From Chrysemys picta bellii (Eukaryota): a DNA stretch of 64,000 bases. A program made the position numbers and the translations under genes. The notes beneath the pieces were generated by a model. That model searched no databases. It saw only the letters and a program-made list of their open reading frames with translations, and had not been told where the DNA came from. Location of the stretch: NCBI RefSeq assembly GCF_011386835.1, contig NC_088807.1, positions 23,436,001 through 23,500,000 of the forward strand, written 5' to 3'. Position 1 is the first letter of the stretch. Each line of letters starts with the position of its first letter. Shown piece by piece: positions 1 through 12,100 of this stretch.

Positions 1-1289
1 CCTGGCTCCCAGCCCCCATCCTACTCTAACCACTAGACCCCATGCCTCTCCCAGAGCCAGGGGGAGAACCCAGGAGTCCTGTCTCCCAGCTCCCCCTGCC
101 CTATCCGCTAGATCCCACTCCCCTCCCAGAGCCAGGGAGAGAACCCAGGAGTCCTGTCCCCCAGCCCCTTTCCCAGGTGGAGCCACCCCAAACATGGCTG
201 GCGGTTGTGGGTAGTTTTCACGGCCTGGGTTTTCAAGTTCCCCCCAGAGGCGATTTGCTCAAATCTACCTGGGTCACCCACCCGACTCCTGCCCTGGCGT
301 CTGGGCGCCTCACGCCTGGGGACAGGCTCTTATCCCATGGTACAGAGCAGAGGAGAGAGGCTAAGTGACCGAACCAGGGTCACCTAGGGAGTTTGTGGCA
401 GAGTACAGGCTCGAACCAGGTTTGTCATCTCCTAGGCCGGGTCCTAACCACTGGGCCGTCCTGCCCTGGGTCAAGGGAAATAGCAGCTCTAGGGGAGCAA
501 CATTGTCTCCCCCACACACACTCGGGGGTCAGGTGGAACAAACCAGGAACTCCTTGAAAACCTCCATCCCCCTCCCCCCCCAGCTCCCTGGGCGCCCCGC
601 TTCCCTCCCAGAGATTCCCTACAACCCCCCGATTGTCCCCCATGCTAGGGGCTGTATGTGCCCTGCCATTCCCGCCACCTCCCATACCCGGGTCTCCCAG
701 TGTGCTCTCCTGTGCCGGGGTAGCTGTGTGTGCCCACCCCCCCAAATACCTCTAAGGATTGTGTTTTTAAGTTTTCTCCCTCAACCGGACTGTCTAAAAC
801 AATTACTATTTCTTTTTTAAATGGAAGCTGACATTTTCACAAAATCCCAGGACTCTGGGAGCTGGGGATTTGGAGAGAAACAGAGACTGTCGCCAGACAC
901 CGAGGTGCTGTCAAAACCCCTGGGGTGCCTCTTGCTGCATCTTTGGGTGCCTAAATCTCTTGGGAAATTTGGGCCCAATTTCTCTCTCTCTCGCTGACAC
1001 ACACACACACAGAGCAGGACTCATCCGCTCAAGCAGGGGGAGGCCGGGACACAGGGGCACACAGGATCCGGCCTTGGCACACGACAAGAAGCAATTTCAC
1101 ATTGGGAGCCGGTCTGGAGGATAAGCCCTGGCCCAGCTGTCTAGTTCACAGCAGCGAAGGGAAAAATATCGAGCGGCCTTTCGGCTTCGTACTGGCCTCC
1201 CGTGACCCTGAAAGGTGTCGGCTGCTGGCAAACGACCCAACGCGGCCCGCAAAAATCTCCTGTGTGTGTGTGAGAAACAGGCGGGTGGG

Positions 1290-1470
1290 NNNNNNNNNNN
1301 NNNNNNNNNNNNNNNNNNNNNNNNNNNNNNNNNNNNNNNNNNNNNNNNNNNNNNNNNNNNNNNNNNNNNNNNNNNNNNNNNNNNNNNNNNNNNNNNNNNN
1401 NNNNNNNNNNNNNNNNNNNNNNNNNNNNNNNNNNNNNNNNNNNNNNNNNNNNNNNNNNNNNNNNNNNNNN
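1290..1470. other. Assembly gap (run of N)
   Basis: Ns seen directly. Confidence 0.99.
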
Positions 1471-2606
1471 TAGATAGATAAAGGGGTGGATGGGGATAGA
1501 TGGCCAGACAGTGGGTGGATGTTTTGTCACCCCCAGTCACTGGACACGCTCCAGTCCCCAGGGCGATTTCATTAGAGTTTAAACCAGTTGGAGGAAAAGC
1601 CCCTCGTTAAGGGTGCGACGTCAACGATGCCGTAACTCAGGTGGGCCGTGCGACCTTATCCACGCCCCCGGTGCACGTGCTCCCGCGCCAGCCCGGCTCC
1701 GGGGGCGACTCGGCCCGGCCCCTGCCGGGTTTGCTGCCGACGCCAGGAGCCGGGCGGGCCATGCGGCGGTGCGTTGGAGGAAGGGACAAGAGCCTCTGCC
1801 CTGGAGCTCCTGGGTGAGGCCAGGCAGGGCCTCCAGGTGCCCGCCGTGCTGGGAGCACCCTGCACACGCAGGCCCTACGCCCGCCAAGCGGGTGCTCCTG
1901 CCCGGCGTCTCAGCTCCCCGGCGTCGATCACCGGGCTCGGTCCCTCGCCGGCGCGGGGAGAAAGGAATCCACCCGTGGGAAGCTGGCGGGTCCCGGAGGA
2001 AGGCCCAGAAGGGATCAAGCTCTGAGCAGCCAGCAGTGGGCGGCGTGAACCACACGCCGGGAACAAGGCGCGAGGCCACACGCGGCGGGATGAAGAGAAA
2101 AGCGAACGTCGAGCCACGAGGCCAAAACTCGGCACGGAAGAGCCGCCCTGTGACGGGCCCCGGCCGTGCCCGGTGTTGAAAGAAGCAGGTGGGGCCAGAG
2201 TTAAGGACGGTCTGGAAAGGCCGGCGCACAAGGGGACCCGAATTAAGGACGCCGAAGCACCTTCAACTGGTCTTTTAACGCCGGTTTCATCCACACGCAT
2301 CCAGCGCTTTAGTTGAGGGAACAGATACGCACCCAGATCTGTGCCCCCCCGGATTGTAGTAGCTACACAAAGATTTGGCTTGAGCTTCACAGCCAGAGTG
2401 TATGGTGTGTGTTTATATATTATAATTATAGATAAGAAACGGTGTGTGTGGATCTCTATTCTATGGACACTTTCACACACATGCATGTGTCTGTATGTCT
2501 CTCAAATCGGCGTGTCCATGTAATAGAGAGAGATACATCTATGCAAATAGGTTTTATTTTGTCCGTACTCATGATTTTATGCATACAACGGATGAAAGGT
2601 CTAGAC

Positions 2607-3839
2607 CAGTGGTTTTCAAACTTGGTTTCTGGCGACCCAGTTGAAGAAAATTGTTGATGCCTGCGACCCAACGGAGCTGGGGATGAAGGGGTTGGGGTAT
2701 GGGAGGGGGTCAGGGCTCTGGGCTGGGGGTGCAGGCTCCGGGGTGGGGCCAGAGATGAGGGGTTTGGGGTGCAGGGGGAGCTTAGGTCTAGGGCAAAGGG
2801 TTACCGTGTGGGAAGGGATCAGGGCTCTAGGGTGGGGCCGAGGATGAGGGGTTTAGGGTGGAGGAGGTGGTTCCGGGTTGGGGGGCTCAGGGCTGGGGCA
2901 GGTGTTTGGGGTGCGGGAGGGGATCAGGGCTCTGGGACAGGGCCGGGGATGAGGGCTTTGGGGTGTGGGAGGAGGTCAGGGCTCTGGTCTGGGGATGCAG
3001 GCTCTAGGGTGGGGCCAGAGATGAGGGGTTTGGGGTGCAGGAGGGGGCTCCAGGTTTGTGGGGGCTCAGGTCTGGGGGTTGGGGGTCAGGGCTCTGGTCT
3101 GGGGATGCAGGCTCTAGGGTGGGGCCAGAGATGAGGGGTTTGGGGTGCAGGAGGGGGCTCCAGGTTTGTGGGGGCTCAAGGCTGGGGGTTGGGTGCAGGA
3201 GGGGGTCAGGGCTCTGGTCTGGGGATGCAGGCTCTAGGGTGGGGCCAGAGATGAGGGGTTTGGGGTGCAGGAAGGGGCTCCAGGTTTGTGGGGGCTCAGG
3301 GCTGGGGGTTGGGTGCAGGAGGGGGTCAGGGCTCTGGTCTGGGGATGCAGGCTCTAGGGTGGGGCCAGAGATGAGGGGTTTGGGGTGCAGGAGGGGGCTC
3401 CAGGTTTGTGGGGGCTCACGGCTGGGGCAGGGGATCGGGGCACGGGGTTACCTCGGGCAGCTCCCGGTCAGCGGCGCAGCAGGGGTGCAGAGGCAGTTTC
3501 CCGCGTGTCCCGGCACCGGGAGCCGCGCTGCGCCCCAGAAGTGGCAGCAGCAGGTCTGGCTCCGACGCGGAGGCGCGCAAGCAGCTCCGCACGGGTCTCA
3601 CCCGCAGACACCACCTCCCCAGCTCCCATTGGCCGTGCACAGCCAGTGCTCGGGGCAGGGGCAGCGCGCGGAGCCCTGTAGCCCCTCTGCCTAGGAGCCG
3701 GACCTGCTGCTGGGCTCTTCCGGGGCGCAGCGCGGTGTCAGAACAGGTCGGGACTAGTCTGCCTGAGCCGGGCAACGCCGCTGACAGGACTTTTAACGGC
3801 CCGGTCAGCGGTGCTAACCAGAGCCGCCGTGACCCACTG
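2607..3839. mobile_element. Non-autonomous hAT (Charlie-type) element with internal ~120-bp G-rich tandem repeats, in SLC17A7 intron 1
   Basis: Ends CAGTGG...CCACTG; flanks GTCTAGAC (2599-2606) and CTCTAGAT (3840-3847) fit the NTCTAGAN hAT-Charlie target duplication. Confidence 0.7.
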
Positions 3840-5951
3840 CTCTAGATAAGACTTAGTCCTGCCGTGAGCGCAGGGGACTGGTCTAGACGACCCTCGCGGT
3901 CCCTGCCACGCCTCCCATTCTATATACAATACATAGACACACACCTGGGAACATCTCCATATATACACGGGTGTGTATATATGTACGCGTGTCTTTTGCA
4001 TCATTTTTATTACGTGTGTCCGTATATGATATATAACCAAATCTGGGTGTGTGCGCATATCTATTACATACACACCCATGCACTTAGGGTGTTTTATATA
4101 CATACAGGCAGACATCTGTGTATTTGCGCAAAAGTTTGTGCAGCTAGGTACGTATGACAGATCATCCCATCGGTGGGTGTATATTTTATCGTATGTAACA
4201 CACAGATACGCTCACCGATGGGATGATTATATAATCTACACACATCTGATTCGATCTCGAAGTGCGTGTCTCTATCAGACGCACAATGTTTATGACACAC
4301 ACGGAGGCCTTCGCTCTAACCACCGCCCGCTTTGCACAGCTCCTGGCCGGAGCCTCTCGCGCGGGGTTTCTCGCTCGCTGTATAAATAAATCGCGCGGGC
4401 TCCATTTATAAACCTGGTGCATATTTCATGAGGTTTGGCTCTGGCGGGACCCACTCTTCGCTGGAATCCAGGCCAGTTACGTAAGGGCACCGGGGTCCTC
4501 CTCCACGCCAGCGCCGGGATCTGTTTTGCTCGCTCGGCGGTTTGCGAACAACACGATGTCCCGGCTTGGCATCGATCTGCCTCCGCCCCTGCTCCCCCGG
4601 GTGCAGCAGCGCCGGCCGGCTACGGACCAGACAGGAGGGCCGGGGCCCGAGGCGGGAATTCACGGCTTACGTTCAACCTTGTTCAACCCCCCAGCACACC
4701 CCCACACGACACATTCCCCTCCCCCCCTCCAAGAGATACCCACATGCACACGCTCGTGCGCCAACACGCACACAGCGCAGGGTCCGTCCCCTCCAGCAGG
4801 GGGCAGCAGGGACCCACACCAGGCCCTATCCCAGCCCCACTCCGGCTACTCCATGACCTGCAATATTCTTCTCGCATTTTTTTTACCCTCTCCCTCTCCC
4901 TTCCCCCCCGCCCCCACTTGCAGGGCAACCCCAATATTTTGTGATCCCCGCCACACTCATCGCAACCCCCCCCAGATCTCCCAACTCAATGGGCCTTCCC
5001 CCCCCGGCGATTCCCCTCCCGACCCCCCGCCAGACCCACAGAAGGGTTCAAACTGAATCAAGGGAGTGGGGTGGGGAAAACTGCACCGAGCTACAGAAGG
5101 CCACAGCGGGGGGATTAGAGAGGGCCGGGGGGGGGCAAGGGGGGATGAATGGATGAAGGTTATAAATAGAAAGCAAATATCCCTCCATCGCATCTGCCCC
5201 AGGAAGGGCTGATGGGGAGGGAGATGCTTCCCAAGGCAGATCTGGGGCGCACCCCCGAGCGAATCGCCAGCCCCTGCACCCCACCCCAAAGAGTTGTATA
5301 TGGGGGGGGGGTGTCCCCGGCATCTGGCCCTGGGCATCAAGGCGGGGGTTGGGAAGGGAGGGGCATCCGTGGGGAAGAGCAGATGGGGGGTGGGAGTGTG
5401 TGGGTGGGGTGAGTGAGTGTGTGTATGGGGGTGTGGAGGGGAAGTCTAGGGTTAAGAGTGGGGGGCTGAACGATGGGGGGTGAATCCAGGGGGTGAGCGT
5501 GGGGGGCTGAGAAATGGGGTAAATCTAGGGGGCAGTGTGGAGGGGCTAAATCCAGGGTTGGAGGGGAGGAGATGGTGTGTGTGGGGGGGGCTGATGGAGA
5601 AGAAGTGGATCTGGGGAGCAGGTGTGTGAATGTGGGGGGCAGGGGGTGAATGTGGCGTGAATGTGGGGGGCAGGGGGCTGAGGGACAGGAGTGAATCTTG
5701 GGGATGGGGGGCTAAGATAGAGGGGGTGGATTTGGGGGGCAGAGGCCTGAGGGAAGGGGTGAATGTGGGGGGCAGGCGAAGACTCAGAGGGTCGGGGCTC
5801 GTAACCCAGCCCGGGTCAAGCAGTAACCCGCCACCCGCTGGCCACCGTCCGACCCCAGCCTGCCAGGGCCCGATCCCGGCAAAGCAGGGACCGGGGCCCC
5901 AATCCTGGCCCCACAGGGGCCCCGATCCTGACACCCCCCCGCACTCCTCAC

Positions 5952-6013
5952 CTGTGCACCTGGCCCAGCGTCTTCCCGGCCAACTTCTGGAATTCCTCCT
6001 TGTTGAACTGCAT
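5952..6013 (-). CDS. SLC17A7: Vesicular glutamate transporter 1, first coding exon (62 nt; remaining exons not found in window)
   Basis: Minus strand GCCGCCATG Kozak then MQFNKEEFQKLAGKTLGQVH(R), resembling human [21 protein letters not shown]; ends AG|gtgag donor; next to PIH1D1/ALDH16A1 as in mammals. Confidence 0.9.
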
Positions 6014-6487
6014 GGCGGCGAGCGGGACCGGGCCAGGTCACAGCACCATGCTCCGGCTCCGGCACCTGGGGGGGTCTGTCTCTCTCTCCTTCCTCCCTCG
6101 GTTTCCTTTTCTCTTCTCTCTCTCTCTTCGCCTCCTTCCTTCTCTCTCCTTCGCTTCTTCTTTCCTTCCTTCTCTCCGCTTCTCTTCCTCGCTTTTCTCT
6201 CCCTCTTTCCTTCCTTCCTTCTCTCCCTCGCTTTTCTCTCCTCCTTTCTCTCGCTCTCTCCTTCCTGCCCTTCGCTGGCTCCCGAGCGCGGGAGGAGCTC
6301 TCAGCCGCCGGCTGCCCAGGACCGATCTGTCCCAGCCCCAGCTGGTCCCCCCCCCCCCGCCCCACGCTGAGCCTCCCGCGTCACTGGCTCTCAATCCAGG
6401 CGATCCTGCGTGGGACGCTGCCGCCGGCTCTGCCCTCCCCCCCCAGGCTCTGCCGGGCCAGCCCCGAGGCCACGGGGAGGGGCCGGG

Positions 6488-6508
6488 AGCAGCACCAGGG
6501 ACAGCTCC
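6488..6508 (+). promoter_or_regulatory. RE1/NRSE (REST) site upstream of SLC17A7
   Basis: agCAGCACCAgGGACAGCtCC, 17/21 match to TTCAGCACCACGGACAGCGCC with both half-sites and canonical spacing intact. Confidence 0.65.
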
Positions 6509-6554
6509 GAGGTGGAGCGGGTTCTTCCAGAGAGGAGACCATGGGGGACAAGTG

Positions 6555-7230
6555 AGGGCTGGGAGCCAGGACTCCTGGGTTCTTTCCAGGACTCTAAACC
6601 TCTACAGCCCATCCCCTTCCCAGAGCCAGGGAGAGAACGCAGGAGTCCTGCCTCCCAGACCCCACCTGCTCTAACCACTAGACCCCACTCCCCTCCCCAA
6701 AGCCAGGGAGAGAACCCAGGAGTCCAGGTGTCCAGTCCCGCCCCTGCTCTAACCACTAGACCCCACTCCCCCACAGAGCCAGGGAGAGAACCCAGGAGTC
6801 CTGGCTCCCAGCCCCCTCCTGCTCTAACCACTAGACCCCACTCCCCTCCCCAGAGCCAGGGAGAGAACCCAGGAGTCCAGGTGTCCAGTCCCGCGCCTGC
6901 ACTAACCACTGGACCCTGCTCCCCTCCCAGAGCTGGGGATAGAACCCAGGAGTCCGGGCTGCCAGCCCCCCTGCTCTCACCACTGGACCCCACTCCCCTC
7001 CCAGAGCCAGGGAGAGAACCCAGGAGTCCTGCCTCTCAGCCCCCCCCCCCCACTCTAACCACTAGACCCCACTGCCCTCCCAGAGCCAGGGAGAGAACCC
7101 AGGAGTCCTGCCTCTCAGCCCCCCCCCACTCTAACCACTAGACCCCACTGCCCTCCCAGAGCCAGGGAGAGAACCGAGGCGTCCTGGGTCCCCACCCCCC
7201 CTGCTCTCACCACTGGACCCTGCTCCCCTC
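6555..7230. repeat. Tandem array of ~75-90-bp units derived from the tRNA-like head of a MIR/CORE-type SINE
   Basis: Unit ctctaaccactagaccccactcccctcccagagccagggagagaacccaggagtcctggctcccagccc; reverse strand has A-box-like GGTCTAGTGGTTAG and B-box-like GGTTCT(C/A)TCCC. Confidence 0.7.
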
Positions 7231-7835
7231 CCAAGGCAGTGGTCCTGGCAAGCTCCGAGCTCGCCCTCCCCTGGGCCCCGGAGCTGCCAGCTGTCGGCAG
7301 CCCCAGCCGGCCGGGAAGCAGCTGCCCAGACCTAGGTGTGTGTGTGGGGGGGGACGTGCCCCAGTGGGAGACAGATGGTGTGAGCTACTCAGGGCACAGC
7401 CCCTCCTTGGCGGGTGAGGGGGGAGCAGCCGGCAGCCTTGAGCAAATCTGTGCCCCCCCCCACAACCCACCAGCCCCCACCCCCCTCCCAGAGCCAGGGA
7501 GAGAACCCAGGAGTCCTGCGCCCCCCCCTCCCCAACCACCAGTGAGAATTACCTCCCAGGAGCAATGGAAACTATCCAGCACCAGATTGAATGGGTGGGT
7601 GGGATAATGAGATGCAAATATATGCACAGAGGGAGTGCGGACAGGGTCTGGGAGTAAAGAGAGAGAACAGGCTTGGGGCCCCCCCTAGTCTGAGTTTCTG
7701 GGGTGGGGGGAGGAGCCAGGGACACCATTAGACAGACACCCCCCCCCAGCACAGCAATGAGGCCTTAACTGGCCTCAGGGGAAGGCTGCAGGTGCGCCCC
7801 CCCCCCCCCAAGAAAAAGGCCCCATCCCCCACCCC

Positions 7836-8175
7836 CCTGAACCAGTCCCTGCCCCGGGGCTGGATGGGAGCTGGTGCCCCCTAGAGGGGACAGGCCCTGT
7901 GCCCCATTCCCTGTCCCCCCTGAGCCAGCCAGTCCCTGCCCTGGGGCTGGGTGGGAGCCAGCGCCCCGTAGAGGGGACAGGCCCCGTGCCCCATTCCCTG
8001 CCCCCCTGAGCCAGCCCGTCCCTGCCCTGGGGCTGGGTGGGAGTCAGCGCCCCGTAGAGGGGACAGGCCCCGCACCCCATTCCCCACCCCCCTGAGCCAG
8101 CCAGTCCCCGCCCTGGGGCTGGGTGGGAGCCAGCGCCCCGTAGAGGGGACAGGCCCCGCACCCCATTCCCCGACC
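7836..8175. repeat. ~85-bp minisatellite, same family as 19700-20440 in opposite orientation
   Basis: Repeated gggagccagcgccccgtagaggggacaggcccc...cccctgagccagccagtccc. Confidence 0.85.
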
Positions 8176-8427
8176 CCCTGAGCCAGCCATCCCCGGCAGA
8201 GGGAAAAGGCCCCGCATGGGGCGGCAGAGAAAATCCTGCTGCGGCTGGCAGATGGCTGGGGGGCGGAGAGGGGGCTGACTGCGAAGGGGGGAGAACAGGC
8301 TGTACGCAGGGAAGGTGAGAAAACAGCGCGAGGAAGGCGGAGCTGGCAGAAGAGAGGAGGGAGGGAGAGAAAACCGGACTGGGACAGAAACCAGAGCTGG
8401 AGACGCGCACACTGAGCCCAACCAGCG

Positions 8428-8750
8428 CCCCCAGCTGGGCAAGGCCGGGCACTGCCCCCCCAGCCGGCGCTCCTGCCCTGTCCCCCCCCAGCATCCCCAG
8501 CTGGGCAAGGCCGGGCACTGCCCCGCCAGCCGGCGCTCCTGCCCTGTCCCCCCCCAGCATCCCCAGCTGGGCAAGGCCGGGCACTGCCCCCCCAGCCAGC
8601 GCTCCTGCCCTGTCCCCCCCCAGCATCCCCAGCTGGGCAAGGCCGGGCACTGCCCCCCCAGCCGGCGCTCCTGCCCTGTCCCCCCCCAGCATCCCCAGCT
8701 GGGCAAGGCCGGGCACTGCCCCCCCAGCCGGCGCTCCTGCCCTGTCCCTC
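8428..8750. repeat. 66-bp minisatellite, about 5 copies
   Basis: Unit recurs at 8433, 8499, 8565 etc.; ORF track shows a 22-aa repeat GKAGHCPPSRRSCPVPPQHPQL. Confidence 0.9.
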
Positions 8751-8804
8751 CCCCACCGGGCACGGCCAAGCACAGACGGACGCCGCTGTGGTTCCGTCGC
8801 ACTG

Positions 8805-8810
8805 TTTATT
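8805..8810 (-). terminator. PIH1D1 polyadenylation signal
   Basis: tttatt (AATAAA on minus) about 380 nt past the stop codon. Confidence 0.65.
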
Positions 8811-9185
8811 CCGCTCCTGCGGGTGCAGATTTGACATGGCACGAGCCAGCCCCCCGACAAGCCAGCTGCCCCCCCATCCCCACGCCAGGGCAGCAGGGTC
8901 CCGGCCCCCCCACGGACAGCAGATCTCTGGGCAGGCCAGGAGCAAGAGCTGGAAAGAAAAACCCAGGTGTCCTGGCTCCCAGCCCCACCCCCCTGCTCTG
9001 ACCACTACGCCTCACTCCCCTCCCAGAACCGGGGAAAGAACCCAGGAGTCCTGGTTTTCTCTGTCCACCCATTGCTGCTGGGCATCACAGCCCCAACCCC
9101 CCACATCCGGCTCCCCCTTGGCCTGGTGGGGGCCCCCCCACTCTGGATCCTGGAGTCTCTCCTGCGGGCAGAGGGGGGGGTCTGC

Positions 9186-12100
9186 TCAGGGGGGCCCCAG
9201 CTGGGGCTGGACGGGCATCTTCACAGTCAGCACCTGTGGGGAGACGAGGGGGCGATGAGTGGGGAGGGGGCCGGGGGGGCGTAGAGCTACCCCTGAGCAG
9301 CGAGGCGTGGGCGGGCTCATGGGGCAGGGGCCACTGAGAAGGGGGAGGAGTTCCAGCCTGGTGGGAGGGGGCACACCTGAGGGGGCAGGGTCACGACAGA
9401 AAAGAGGGGGCCACAGAAGGCGAGGCCACAGCCAGAGGGGGAGGAGTCACACCCTGGGGCGGGGGAGGAGCCATACATTGGGGGTGGTATGGGAGTTTTT
9501 GCCCTAGGGGATGAGAGCTTGCCCCACCCTGATGCAGAGGGGCAGGATTCCCTATGGGGGCAGGGACAGGAGGGAGAATGGGGGGCTCCCCGGGGGGGCA
9601 GGGACAGAGGGTTCCCCAGGGGGTTGGATGGCAGGGGGGTATGGGGAGGTTCCCCGGGGTGGGCAGTGACGGGGTGGTTCCCGAGGGGGCTGGGGGCAAT
9701 GGGGAGGTTCCTCAGGGGGGCAAGAACAGGGCGGTTCCCCAGGTGGCTGGATGGCGGGGGGCAATGGGGGGTTCCCCAGGGGGCGCGGTGGGCAATGGGG
9801 AGTTCCCAGGGGGCTGGATGGCGATGGGCAATAGGGTGGTTCCCCAGATGGGCAGGGACGAGGGGGTTTCCCAAGAGAACTAGATAGAGGGGGGAAATGG
9901 GGGGATACCTGGGGGACTGGATGGCAGAGGGCAATGGGGGATTCCCCAGTGGGGCAGGGATAGGGGGGTTCCCTAGGGGGCTGGGTGGCGGGGGGCAATG
10001 GGGGGTTCCCCGGGGGGGCAGGGATAGGGGGGTTCCCCGGGGGGCTAGATGACGGGAAGCAATGGGGGGCTCCCCAGGTGGCAATGGGGGGTTCCCCAGG
10101 GGGCTGGTTGGCGGGGGGCAATGGGAGTTCCCCGGGGGGCTCACCGCGGTGCGCCGGTGGAAGCGGGCGCGGCTGCGCTCCGGGACGATGTCGTGGGGGA
10201 TGTAGATGTCGAGGACGTAGGGGTCCGGGCCCCCCCGCAGCACGACCCGGTCCTGCCCCAGCTCCAGGGAGAGCTCCCGTGCCGAGCCCTGCGGGAGGGG
10301 TCATGAGAGCCTGTGGGGAGAGAACTGCCCCACGGGCAGCACCCCCGCCCCACAGCGCCCCCCTGCACGGAGAGACCCGCCTCACAGCACCCCCTGTGGG
10401 GACAGACCCGCCCCCAGCTGGCACCCCTGACCCACAGCGCCCCCTGCAGGGAGAGACCCGCCCCCCAACTGGCACCCCCGCCCCACAGCGCCCCCTGAGG
10501 GGACAAACCCGCTTCCAGCCGGCGCCCCTGCCCCACAGCACCCCCTGGGGGGACAGACCCACCCCCCAGCTGGCACCCCTGCCCCACAGCACCCCAAGAC
10601 CTGCCACATGGCCAGCACCCCCACCCCACAGCGCCCCCTGCGGGGACAGACCCGGCCCCCAGCCAGCGTCCCACCACCCCCTGCTGGGACAGACCCGCCC
10701 CCCCCAGCCAGCACCCCGCCCCCCCTGCTGGGACAGACAAACAGACCCGAGGCTGGAGCAGCCAGGAACTCCCCCGAGCAGAACTCACCACTCTGGGCAG
10801 GTGGATCTCGGCCAGCAGGAATTCGGGGGACCCTCCCGCCGGCTCTGCCAGGATGGTGAATTTGGGGAGCACAGGGGAGCTGTGGAAAGAAATGGGGGTG
10901 GGGAGGGCAGGCGGTCACAGAGGGCCAGGTCTGAGCTCCCTGCCCCACACGGCACAACAGCCAGTGCCCCACTGGGGAGGGGCCGCATGGCAGTGAGGGG
11001 GGACCCAGCAGGGAGGGAGCTGTGGGGGGAGGGGATTTCAGCACCCAGTAAAAATCCCTGTCTGCCCCCCCCCATCCCCCTTTGCCCCAAGGCCCGGCCA
11101 TGGACCCAGCCCCCCGAGTCTGTCTGGGGACGGCACAACCCCATGGGGCTCTGGCTTGTCTCCCACAGGGGACACGCCCAGGCCTGGGCTCTCTGGTCGA
11201 TTTCTCTCGCCATGTCAATTTCAGCAATGGGAGGGGGGGGCCTTTAGCAGCCTCTCCCACAGGCACACACCGCCCCCCCCAGCATACACAGCCCCCTCCA
11301 CCAATCAACTAGCCAGGGAACCATTTCAACCAGGCCAGCCAGACCCCTGCAATCACGTCAGTCTGATTACCACATCGCCTTCCCCACGCACTGGATTTCA
11401 CCGCCCCGCCCTTCCCATCCCGCTGCCCGGAGCCCCTTGTGCCTGACGCCAGCGCAAAGCTGGGGTGCTCGGCTTTTTGGGGGTGCTGGAGAATCTTTTG
11501 TAGCCCCTGAGGCTCACAAGAGACCCACAGTTCTAGGCTTCCCCCACCCCGCTGGAGCTGGGCACGGTCGGCTCAGAACAGTTGTATTTTCCATCCCTGG
11601 GTGCGTGCCAGATGGGGGAGAGCCCATTGCACTCCTGGGGGGATAGGGGGGGTTCAGACACACCAGCTTTTTTCCTCATTACAAATGGAGCCAGCGGAAC
11701 TCTCTGCCACTGGATTTCCAAAGCAGCAGCCCGCAATCAGAGAACAGCGGTCACGGGGGGGGGGTAGGGGGGGATTGGGGAGAGGGTTGTTAAAATCCAC
11801 AGCATCCCAAGGAGCTAGACCCCCAGGGGGCAGAGTAATCAGACACCCCCCCACTCACCTGAAGTCCATCTCCTGTATAACGGGGCTAGACTTGGTGCGG
11901 ATGGTCTGTCCCGAGATGGAGCCCATGAACTTCCGGTTCTTCAGGATTCGCCACCCTACAGAGTGGTGGGGAAGGGGTTAATGGGGAGGGGCAGATTGGG
12001 GGTGTGGAATAAGAGCCCCCCTACCTCCCACAGTCCTGCCAGTGCCCCTCATTCCCAATCCGCAGCCCCGTGCTAGCCCAGCCCAGCCCGCCCCCAGCCC

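Noticed and set aside
1480-2300. CpG-rich segment with several 120-200-aa ORFs (possible SLC17A7 exon 2 or viral insert)
   Set aside because: No VGLUT1 exon-2 peptide (CTCFGLPRRY-like) or recognisable viral motif in any listed frame; left unassigned.
9985-11247. 420-aa and overlapping G/P-rich ORFs
   Set aside because: Stop-poor reading of GC-rich minisatellites and antisense shadows of PIH1D1 exons; no domain signature.
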